Part shown: positions 18,650 to 26,245 of the stretch, one piece after another
Layout of the letters: every line of letters begins with the position of its first letter
Position numbering within the stretch: position 1 is the stretch's first letter
Virus record (IMG/VR): IMGVR_UViG_3300020048_000058
Strand: one strand, 5' to 3'
DNA from: a virus
DNA length: 64,000 bases
Made by a program: the position numbers and the translations under genes
The notes under the pieces: model-generated
What the model saw: only the letters and a program-made list of their open reading frames with translations
Databases searched by the model: none
What the model was told of the DNA's origin: nothing

Positions 18650-19369
18650 TTAGGGAGCAAGCCGAGCTTTCCCTAATCTATTTTTTTCATACCAAGCTGA
18701 AATCTCAGGAACCCAATCCTGAGTATGGGCCCACATCATTTCAGAGAGTTTTTGAATCTCTAACTGGGCATCTTTTTTAAATCTTAAATCGAGAAAATGT
18801 AACAGTGAACGCAGGTTACAAGACATAACAAAATGCTGTCTGAAATCGAACGGGATTAAACCTCTAGCGTGTTCTTCTGACATTCCATTTAAGATATTAT
18901 TTTTATACATTTCACAAGCATCTAAACAATATCTTAAATGGAAATCTCTTTCAAAATGAGAATATTTATATTTTTTCCCTTGGCGGTCAACATATTCACC
19001 AACGGGTCTTAGGTAAAATACATCCTCAATATCACGTTTACCATCAACAACATCAATTATTCTTTGACCTGAATAACGCATCGACTCAACGCTAAAACTC
19101 ATTATCCTGTGTCGCGTTGCTTGCTGCATTACACTGTGAGGGAAATAGCCAACATTAAATACTATGTAAGCTGTTTCGGCACAACTCCAATGCCCTCTAT
19201 CACCTGCTAATAATCTTTTAACTGCTATCTCGCCACACTCTTTTTCTGGGGGGATTTTATCAATGCCTTCAAACACATAATTCTCGCTATAACATTGATG
19301 CAATGCCAGATAAATCATCTGTTGGGGATTAGCTGTTTTTGATAAAACCTCAACCTTGAATTTGTCCAT
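18650..19369 (-). CDS. thyX: flavin-dependent thymidylate synthase ThyX
   Basis: ThyX signature RHRIMSFSVESMRYS (RHRxxSxxxxSxRY). The start is taken at MDKFKVEV. Confidence 0.85.
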   Translation of the reverse strand: MDKFKVEVLSKTANPQQMIYLALHQCYSENYVFEGIDKIPPEKECGEIAVKRLLAGDRGHWSCAETAYIVFNVGYFPHSVMQQATRHRIMSFSVESMRYSGQRIIDVVDGKRDIEDVFYLRPVGEYVDRQGKKYKYSHFERDFHLRYCLDACEMYKNNILNGMSEEHARGLIPFDFRQHFVMSCNLRSLLHFLDLRFKKDAQLEIQKLSEMMWAHTQDWVPEISAWYEKNRLGKARLAP

Positions 19370-19416
19370 TAGCCTCCTCTTTTGTGCATCTTTAGTCAAG
19401 AAACAATGCAATCGTT

Positions 19417-20184
19417 ATTTCAATCCATAAAATAGGCAATCGTCTATTGCGGGATGGATACTTAAATCATCATCAACTAAACAGGGATGTTTCAATCCAT
19501 AAAATAGGCAATCGTCTATTGCGGGTTTAAACGGGGAACCCAATTGTTTTTAGTCAGGATGTTTCAATCCATAAAATAGGCAATCGTCTATTGCGGGTTT
19601 TGCTAAGTCGGAATGGTAATTAGCATCAAAATCGTTTCAATCCATAAAATAGGCAATCGTCTATTGCGGGTTCCCTTTACTTTTAAACTGATAATAGCTA
19701 TCAGGGTTTCAATCCATAAAATAGGCAATCGTCTATTGCGGGAAAAAGCATACGATACAGCTATAAAAGAAGGTTATCTATTAGTTTCAATCCATAAAAT
19801 AGGCAATCGTCTATTGCGGGAAAACCCCTGCATAGGCTTTTCTACCATAGAACGGTTTCAATCCATAAAATAGGCAATCGTCTATTGCGAGATCAAAGCC
19901 ATTAAGAATAGGATAAAAAACATCCAAGTTTCAATCCATAAAATAGGCAATCGTCTATTGCGGGTTTGGGTCTATCTGTTGGGTTACGACCGGGGGATTA
20001 GTGTTTCAATCCATAAAATAGGCAATCGTCTATTGCGGGTTCCGTTTACTCTGGGAACCATTCAAGGCATCATTGTTTCAATCCATAAAATAGGCAATCG
20101 TCTATTGCGGGTTTATAACCATGTTCTGGGGATGATGCCAGAAGAAGGTTTCAATCCATAAAATAGGCAATCGTCTATTGCGGG
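19417..20184. CRISPR. CRISPR array: 11 x 37-bp repeats GTTTCAATCCATAAAATAGGCAATCGTCTATTGCGGG, with 10 spacers of 34-41 bp
   Basis: Repeat starts are 19417, 19489, 19561, 19634, 19706, 19784, 19855, 19928, 20003, 20075 and 20148. Repeat 1 has A for G at position 1. Repeat 7 ends GCGAG. All spacers are unique. Confidence 0.97.
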
Positions 20185-20203
20185 AGCTTAATCCGCAATT
20201 GTT

Positions 20204-21877
20204 TCAGGCGTTTCTATCGAAATCACCTAAGCTCATTCGATTTATTATAGCATGAGTTTTGGCGGTTTCGGCAACTAAAAAATCGTGAACCCCGTTTTTA
20301 AACAAATCATCTGGAATTGTTATGGTGTCTGACTTTTTGGTTTTTTTCTTGGTTGCCTTTTTAGAAGAGCTAGGGGTTGCCGAATTTTTATTAATCAGGA
20401 ATTTATACCAGAAATTATCGGACAATTCCACACCTTGATTGATTGCCATTTGAGCTAAACCTTTTAACTTAATGTTCTGTCCTGAGTTGACATCACGAGC
20501 AACGGTATAACCACAATTAGAGCATTTGTGAGTGCGTTGAGATAGCTTTTTCTTCTCTTGATGTCCACACTTCGCACAACATAAAGTAGTTCCCCAATTA
20601 TCAACCCGAATCACTAATTTTCCGTGTTCCTTTGCTTTGGTTTCTAATAAATCAATAGCTTGACCAATAGCTACGTCACTCCCTGTTCTGTTACTTCCTC
20701 GTTTGCGTTTTTGATTATTTTTATCGTAGATAACTGTACCATTTTCGGCAACCACTGGATTTCCTTCTGTGTCTAATTTTGCCTTGGCTTTAGCTTTTCG
20801 GTAGACGTTGGCGGGTTTGTAATCCTCAACAAAAATCACGTCAAACCAATTGATTAAATTGGTAGAATGCCAGTGATTGAATGATCGGCGGTGACGGGCG
20901 ATTTTCTCATGAAGTTTAGCAATTTTATTATTGAGTTTCTCCCAATTCTTAGTTTTCCCCTCGTTCATTCGATACTTGCGAGATAATTGTTGCTGCATTT
21001 TCCTTAGACGTTTTAGCGATCGCTTTAAAGGTTGTGCAGCCTCAATAGTATGACCATTATCCAATGCCATAACAAACTGATGTCCGGGGTCAATTCCACA
21101 ACATAACCCTGTCTTCTTGGCTTGCTTGACAGGGACGGACGCAGTTAATTGTACATACCACCCCGACGCTTTTTTGCAAATTTTCATCGGGTTAAAATCG
21201 CAACCATACCACCGTTTATCAAATCCAATTACCTCGATATAACCCAATTTTGGAATATTGATCTTACTGTCCTTAACACCTAGATCCTTAGCGTTGTAAT
21301 GGATTAAAGTCATTACCTTATCTTTAGCTGTTTTGAAACGTGGACGGCTGTGGCGACCCGCTAGAAATCCCTCCCAAGCCTTTGATAGTTCATGCGCTAC
21401 ACCTTGAATGAATTTTGCCGGGCAATCGGTGAAATTAACTTTTCGCTCCTCACCTCTAACTAAATAAGTCACAATCCGATCCTTGTGGTGCTGATGTCCA
21501 AATACCTTTAGGAACCCGTATAGTACCGACTTTTTAGAATCCAGTGAGTCAATAATAGGGCTATTTTCATCAATGGCGACGGGATGGATTAACCCCCTTT
21601 TCTTCTCGACTCGCTCAATCCCCATCTTCCAATCTGGGATCTCAATTCGTACCCATTGCTTGAGCTTGCGGTCGTATCGTTGCAGGGGAGTTGCAGGGAC
21701 GTTAGACTTTGACAGTTTATCGTAAGGGTTCCACTCGTTAAATTCCTCTATCAGTCCTAATGAGCGATTCCAAACCCACTTACAAACTAGCATCCAATCT
21801 TCTAGGGTTCGCTCTTGTTCTGAAGATAGAATGAGTTTAAACTCCTTTGTTCGCACATTTTCGCTAAAATTAGACAT
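20204..21877 (-). CDS. cas12: TnpB-like RuvC nuclease adjacent to the CRISPR array: candidate compact type V (Cas12-class) effector, 557 aa
   Basis: N-terminal TnpB-type RTKEFKLILSSEQERTLEDWMLVCKWVWNRSL. RuvC-I is CCGIDPGHQF, RuvC-II is VIFVEDYKP and RuvC-III is ARDVNSGQNI. Zn ribbon CCAKCGH...HKCSNCGY. The array begins 19 bp after the stop codon. Confidence 0.8.
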   Translation of the reverse strand: MSNFSENVRTKEFKLILSSEQERTLEDWMLVCKWVWNRSLGLIEEFNEWNPYDKLSKSNVPATPLQRYDRKLKQWVRIEIPDWKMGIERVEKKRGLIHPVAIDENSPIIDSLDSKKSVLYGFLKVFGHQHHKDRIVTYLVRGEERKVNFTDCPAKFIQGVAHELSKAWEGFLAGRHSRPRFKTAKDKVMTLIHYNAKDLGVKDSKINIPKLGYIEVIGFDKRWYGCDFNPMKICKKASGWYVQLTASVPVKQAKKTGLCCGIDPGHQFVMALDNGHTIEAAQPLKRSLKRLRKMQQQLSRKYRMNEGKTKNWEKLNNKIAKLHEKIARHRRSFNHWHSTNLINWFDVIFVEDYKPANVYRKAKAKAKLDTEGNPVVAENGTVIYDKNNQKRKRGSNRTGSDVAIGQAIDLLETKAKEHGKLVIRVDNWGTTLCCAKCGHQEKKKLSQRTHKCSNCGYTVARDVNSGQNIKLKGLAQMAINQGVELSDNFWYKFLINKNSATPSSSKKATKKKTKKSDTITIPDDLFKNGVHDFLVAETAKTHAIINRMSLGDFDRNA

Positions 21878-21905
21878 ACCTATTTAAGAAATTGAAACGT
21901 ATGTA

Positions 21906-21934
21906 TTGACATTTCCATTATATACAACTATAGT
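21906..21934 (+). promoter_or_regulatory. sigma70-type promoter TTGACA-17 nt-TATAGT, firing away from the cas12-like gene
   Basis: -35 at 21906..21911 and -10 at 21929..21934, read directly. Confidence 0.6.
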
Positions 21935-21940
21935 GGAATC

Positions 21941-22087
21941 ACCGACGTTTAGATCGGCAAGCCAAAAGCTGCCCTTGGAGCCGAAAGGATTAACGATTAG
22001 GCGATGAAGAGGGAATATTCTCTAGCCAGATATGGTTAGCAATTTTAAAAATAGGTAATCAACTTAAAGGGGCTCCGGCCCCTTTTT
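21941..22087 (+). ncRNA. candidate tracrRNA / small non-coding RNA of about 147 nt, bounded by a promoter and a terminator
   Basis: No ORF longer than 10 codons. AAAATAGGTAATC (22048..22060) can pair over 13 bp (one G-U) with minus-sense repeat positions 13-25 (GAUUGCCUAUUUU). It ends in GGGGCUCCGGCCCCUUUUU. Confidence 0.4.
22069..22087 (+). terminator. intrinsic terminator GGGGCTCCGGCCCC followed by TTTTT (probably bidirectional; it also follows minus-strand gene 22100..22534)
   Basis: GC-rich 5-6 bp stem, a T5 run on plus, TTTAAGTT on minus. Confidence 0.65.
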
Positions 22088-22099
22088 AGTAGACTCCAT

Positions 22100-22534
22100 C
22101 TATTTTTGAAACCGAAATAAAGAGTCAGCCTTGACAATCTCAATCTCAACACAAAGGGCTTTCAATCTCTCAAAAGCCACCACCGGATCGGCTTCAAAAT
22201 CAACTGGACTAGATCCGGTCATCGGAGCGTCGGACACCGCCCCCAATGGCTCAAAGGCACGGGATTTGTTATTCCAAAAAAACACTCTGTTAATATGTCG
22301 CTCTATTGCTTCCGGTGTTTCGAGAAAACAATAGATAAGTCCTGCGACAATAGCCTGCCTGACATCGGTTCTGAATCGCCTTTTATCGAGTTTAATTGTC
22401 CATAATTCAGATAGAAATTCCTCGTCGGTTTCTACATCATACCAAAGGCACTCACAGGAAAATGTATGTAGGTCGTTGTCGTGAATCTTTGGGGTAGTTT
22501 GAAAGCCTTTTTTAGCGAGTTTAGTTGTTTTCAT
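22100..22534 (-). CDS. hypothetical protein
   Basis: 144-aa ORF. Its start overlaps the stop of the upstream methylase gene. Confidence 0.6.
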   Translation of the reverse strand: MKTTKLAKKGFQTTPKIHDNDLHTFSCECLWYDVETDEEFLSELWTIKLDKRRFRTDVRQAIVAGLIYCFLETPEAIERHINRVFFWNNKSRAFEPLGAVSDAPMTGSSPVDFEADPVVAFERLKALCVEIEIVKADSLFRFQK

Positions 22535-23564
22535 GGTTAATTGATTTTAAGATTGCCAGACCTAATTCTTTAGCCAACAACGGGGGGACGGCATTCCCGA
22601 TGATTTGCTGAGTCAGGGTTTTTGATTCTGAGAATTTGTAATCATCGGGAAAAGTTTGCAGCCGTGCCGTCGCCCGTTGGTTGATTCGTTTAATTTGACT
22701 TCCCTGTACGATGTCCGCCCAATGGGTAGAGACACCCGCCATAGCTCTAATTGTTGGACAAGGCTTGTTTTGTGGAGTCGGTAAAATATTCTTGATACAG
22801 GCTCCCGCACGGGGGATTAACAAAACGGGTGAATGGGAATTACAGTGACCCGATACGATAGTAAAACTTGGATCGTTTGACTCCCGAACTGTAGCCTGTC
22901 TAATGAGTTGTTTACCAATATCAATTAAGGCTTTTTCTGGCAAATAACCCAGTTCATTCAGTCGTTTAATCTGCCAGTCTGCAAGTTCGCAGTCCTGCAT
23001 TTCTGGGATTAAATCACTAATGGCTTGATACCATCCCTTTTTAGGTTTTGATTCGGGGAAATAGGGGAGGGGTTCTGAATTTTTAACTGCCCACATAATC
23101 AACCGTTTCCGATTTTGGGGAACCCCATAATCCGCCGCGTCTAAAATTAACCAATGATAGCGATATCCGTTACGGATCAATGATTGTAGGATTTTCTCAA
23201 AAGTTGGTGATTTTGAATATCCTGGGACGTTTTCAAGAATCACCCATCGAGGGGATAATATGGCAATATAATCACAGCAATAAAGCCCCGCATCTTTATC
23301 TTTATGGTCAGGAATATCACCCCGCCGTGCGTTTGAATATTGTTGACAGGGGGGACTCATCCAAAGTAGATCAACCCGCTCCATGAGATGAGTGCGAATT
23401 TCGCCAACACAAGAGTTGAATACTTTGGTATTGGGAAAATTTAATCGTGCTACTTCTGCAATTTTAGGATCTCGCTCAATCCCCCAAATGGACTTAAAAC
23501 CTGCGGCTTCTAACCCCTTATCTGCACCGCCTCCGCCCATGAATAATGTTGCGAATGTTGGCAT
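22521..23564 (-). CDS. dcm: DNA (cytosine-5)-methyltransferase
   Basis: Motif I FMGGGGADKG, motif IV SPPCQQYS, motif VI ILENVPG, motif VIII QNRKRL and motif X GNAVPP. Confidence 0.9.
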   Translation of the reverse strand: MPTFATLFMGGGGADKGLEAAGFKSIWGIERDPKIAEVARLNFPNTKVFNSCVGEIRTHLMERVDLLWMSPPCQQYSNARRGDIPDHKDKDAGLYCCDYIAILSPRWVILENVPGYSKSPTFEKILQSLIRNGYRYHWLILDAADYGVPQNRKRLIMWAVKNSEPLPYFPESKPKKGWYQAISDLIPEMQDCELADWQIKRLNELGYLPEKALIDIGKQLIRQATVRESNDPSFTIVSGHCNSHSPVLLIPRAGACIKNILPTPQNKPCPTIRAMAGVSTHWADIVQGSQIKRINQRATARLQTFPDDYKFSESKTLTQQIIGNAVPPLLAKELGLAILKSINHENN

Positions 23565-24133
23565 TAGAAACCCTCCTCAACAATTGTTAAGCCACAGCCG
23601 GGAAGTAATAAATTAGGATCGTTTGATGAACTCAACACCACCATTCCAGAGGGTAAGCATTCTTTTACAGTGAGGATTACATTGCCAAAATTCTTGTCTG
23701 TAGTTTTGACATGATCGCCTTTCTGGAAAGCGTAATTTCCGAGGGGGATTTGTTCCCCTTTGACCATCTGAATAAATAGTTTTATCTTGTCCGAGTTAAG
23801 AGATTCAGTTCCTTTTGCCCACTGAATCTTGATTTTATTTCCCCGGCACATAATCACCCGCCCGATGTAACGGCTATCCTTTTTTAGTTGCACAATATCA
23901 GTTTTTTTGTAGGGGGATGAATCGGAAATCTCCTCAAAGTCTAGGGTTTCTGATCTGTGCCAACTTCCGGTTTTTTCGTTAGTTACTTGACAGGTTTGTT
24001 TTAATACATTGAAACTTTCAACTCGCCATGCTGTACCTCCTATTAGATAAGATGGGCGGCGTTTATGTGGGTCAATCTCTACCCACTCACCAACTTTTAA
24101 AACTCTTTCAAATATCTTGGTTGTTGCGGTCAT
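23564..24133 (-). CDS. hypothetical protein with three SH3/Tudor-like repeats
   Basis: Repeated G(E/D)xVxI/V...G.V segments. The ATG overlaps the downstream gene (ATG/TAA). Confidence 0.55.
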   Translation of the reverse strand: MTATTKIFERVLKVGEWVEIDPHKRRPSYLIGGTAWRVESFNVLKQTCQVTNEKTGSWHRSETLDFEEISDSSPYKKTDIVQLKKDSRYIGRVIMCRGNKIKIQWAKGTESLNSDKIKLFIQMVKGEQIPLGNYAFQKGDHVKTTDKNFGNVILTVKECLPSGMVVLSSSNDPNLLLPGCGLTIVEEGF

Positions 24134-24153
24134 GTTATTGATTCCTTACGTTT

Positions 24154-24348
24154 TTAAAAGTTGAAAAGATTTTTCAGCTTAACTCTTTTTTGTCTATCAA
24201 GAGGGTTTCCAGTCCGATAAACAATCTCAATAGTTGTAAATCGAAACTCACAAACTGGGCATTTTCGTCTTCGGGTTTCCCCTACTTGTCGATCCTTTCT
24301 CGTAGCTAAAACGGATGTTTTATTGTGCTTACATTTGGGGCAATCCAT
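24154..24348 (-). CDS. NrdR-like Zn-ribbon protein (no ATP-cone)
   Basis: MDCPKCKHNKTSVLATRKD......RRRKCPVCEFRFTTIE parallels the NrdR N-terminal ribbon. Confidence 0.5.
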   Translation of the reverse strand: MDCPKCKHNKTSVLATRKDRQVGETRRRKCPVCEFRFTTIEIVYRTGNPLDRQKRVKLKNLFNF

Positions 24349-24351
24349 ATC

Positions 24352-25662
24352 CTAATAAGACCTCGCCATATTCTTGAACTGAGTAAACTGGGAATCAAAT
24401 AATAACTTAACCGTTCCGGTGGGGCCGTTGCGATGTTTGGTTAAAATAATTTCAGCTACCCCTGCTTCTGAACTGTTGGGATTATAGTAATCATCTCGGT
24501 AAATCATCATTATCAAATCCGCGTCCTGTTCCGTTGATCCCGATTCTCTCAAGTCGGACATCATTGGGCGTTTATTAGTACGAGATTCAACACTTCGATT
24601 TAACTGAGATAAGACAATAACAGGGACGTTTAAATCTTTTGCCATTCCCTTTAATCCCCGTGTAATTCTTGACAATTCCTGCACACGGTTATCGCTTCCC
24701 CCATCCATTAATTGCAGATAATCTATTAGGATTAAGCCTAATCCATCGTTTTCGGCTTGCAGTTTTTGAGCTTTTTTCTTAATTTCATTGACCGTAGGGT
24801 TCGATGTGTCATCAATATAAATCGGCAATTCTGCTAACTTGCTAATCGCCTCTGTTAACGGCTCCCATTCTTCCTGTTGGATATTTCCCGACCGCAGCCG
24901 AGTCGATTCGATTTTTGCTTCACCCGCTAACAACCTTTGGACTAACTGACCTTTGGACATTTCTAAACTGAACACCGCAACGGGTAGCCCTTTTTTAGCG
25001 ATCTTAAAACCGAACTGGACTGCTAAGGCTGTTTTGCCCATTGACGGTCTACCAGCCACAATAATTAAGTCCGACCGTTGAAAACCCCCAGTCATTGCAT
25101 CCAAATCATAAAATCCAGAGGGAACACCGGGCGGGATTTTACTTTCACTCCGATCTTCTATTTCTTGAAAGGCATCGATCAGGGTTTCACCAATCGAAAC
25201 TAAATCCTCTGAGGATTTGCCCTGGGAAATATTGGCAATTTGTTCTTCTGATTTTTGAATTACAGTTTCTAAAGGTTGACTGGTATCTTCTGCTAGTTTG
25301 ATAATTTCGTAAGCAGATTCAATCAGGTTTCTTCGGGTTTGTTTATCCGAGATTAATAGACCGTATTGATCAATATTAACCGCCGAAACGGTAGACTCGA
25401 CAAGTTGGGTTAATCCTAATTGTCCTCCGACTTTGTCAAGTAATTTATGATCGGATAACCAAGTTGTGACGGTCATCAAATCCGTGGGTTTTCCCTCAGA
25501 ATGCAGGGTTAATACTGCCTTGTAAATCGTTTGATGCGATCGCAGGGAGAATGATTCAGGTTGCAACATTTCTGCAACTCGACCAATGGCTTCTGGGTCT
25601 AATAGAATCCCCCCTAAAACGGCTTGTTCTGCCTCGACATTTTCCATGATTACTGTTTCCAT
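24352..25662 (-). CDS. dnaB: replicative DNA helicase DnaB
   Basis: N-terminal AEQAVLGGILLDPEAI, Walker A AGRPSMGKTALAV, and IDYLQLM and SQLNRSVE motifs. Confidence 0.9.
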   Translation of the reverse strand: METVIMENVEAEQAVLGGILLDPEAIGRVAEMLQPESFSLRSHQTIYKAVLTLHSEGKPTDLMTVTTWLSDHKLLDKVGGQLGLTQLVESTVSAVNIDQYGLLISDKQTRRNLIESAYEIIKLAEDTSQPLETVIQKSEEQIANISQGKSSEDLVSIGETLIDAFQEIEDRSESKIPPGVPSGFYDLDAMTGGFQRSDLIIVAGRPSMGKTALAVQFGFKIAKKGLPVAVFSLEMSKGQLVQRLLAGEAKIESTRLRSGNIQQEEWEPLTEAISKLAELPIYIDDTSNPTVNEIKKKAQKLQAENDGLGLILIDYLQLMDGGSDNRVQELSRITRGLKGMAKDLNVPVIVLSQLNRSVESRTNKRPMMSDLRESGSTEQDADLIMMIYRDDYYNPNSSEAGVAEIILTKHRNGPTGTVKLLFDSQFTQFKNMARSY

Positions 25663-26243
25663 TATTTCGCTCCGTTTAAGTTTTTACTCATTTTTGTGGC
25701 GATCAAATCATTCAGAAGTTGTTGATTTTTTAATTTTTGTTCCTCTGAAAGCTGCGGCTTGAGTCCATCGGGTTTGAACTCGATTTGTTCAGGGGGAATC
25801 ACCATGACAGGGCGGTTAAATTCCTTGGGCGCTTTTCGGTACGCTTGCCAGTGGGTCTTAAAATCGAAGTTCAAACCTTGCAGCGTGGCGGTTGGGAGTG
25901 ATCCGAGATGACTCACACCCCCAAGTTGAACAATTGCGTACTGGGTAGCATCATCCAAATTATTTAACGGGAGGCGGTTAGCGAGCGATTCTAGGCATCT
26001 TGACCAACAATTAGATACCAATTCACGGTCGGACTCTTTAACGAGTGCTAAAAGGTCTTCTCCCGTGGGGCAAGCTCGAAATTTAAAAATCGCTTTTCGG
26101 ATTGCTGTTTCAAATTCGTCTGAGGAAAGTTGGCTAGAAAGTTCCTCAAACCAGACTTCGTACTTCAATTCGGTAAAAATCGCGTCTGGGAAGTTCGCTT
26201 CTAGGTTGGACACTCCGATCATGAAAGTCTGCATATCAAGCAT
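25662..26243 (-). CDS. hypothetical replication-module protein
   Basis: 193-aa ORF translationally coupled to dnaB (ATG overlaps the stop). No motif was recognised. Confidence 0.5.
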   Translation of the reverse strand: MLDMQTFMIGVSNLEANFPDAIFTELKYEVWFEELSSQLSSDEFETAIRKAIFKFRACPTGEDLLALVKESDRELVSNCWSRCLESLANRLPLNNLDDATQYAIVQLGGVSHLGSLPTATLQGLNFDFKTHWQAYRKAPKEFNRPVMVIPPEQIEFKPDGLKPQLSEEQKLKNQQLLNDLIATKMSKNLNGAK

Positions 26244-26245
26244 GG

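Noticed and set aside
19454-20002. Possible matches of other spacers to resident genes. Spacer 1 (reverse complement encodes PCLVDDDLSIH) resembles tail-fibre PSYVDDVLSYT near 7483. Spacer 5 (KAYDTAIKEGYLL, with a 10-nt identity AAAGCATACG) resembles 61403 in the 60958 paralogue. Spacer 8 (TNPP) resembles 2868 in ORF 2089. Spacer 7 (DVFY) resembles thyX.
   Set aside because: These are only 4-6 residue or 10-nt matches. Matches of that length are expected by chance in 128 kb of two-strand sequence, unlike the 27/35-nt, 10/11-aa match of spacer 4. They need a database search.
19613-20161. Listed ORFs 19613..19873 and 19958..20161, which contain the repeated peptide VSIHKIGNRLLR.
   Set aside because: These are translation artefacts of the CRISPR repeats, because the same 37-bp repeat is read in frame several times.
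22046-22087. Interpreting the repeat-like AAAATAGGTAATC plus hairpin as a solitary CRISPR repeat (an RNA anti-CRISPR-type decoy).
   Set aside because: Only 13 nt of the 37-nt repeat are present. The segment is complementary to the crRNA sense inferred from the array's degenerate terminal repeat, not identical to it. An anti-repeat (tracr) reading fits better, although this remains unproven.
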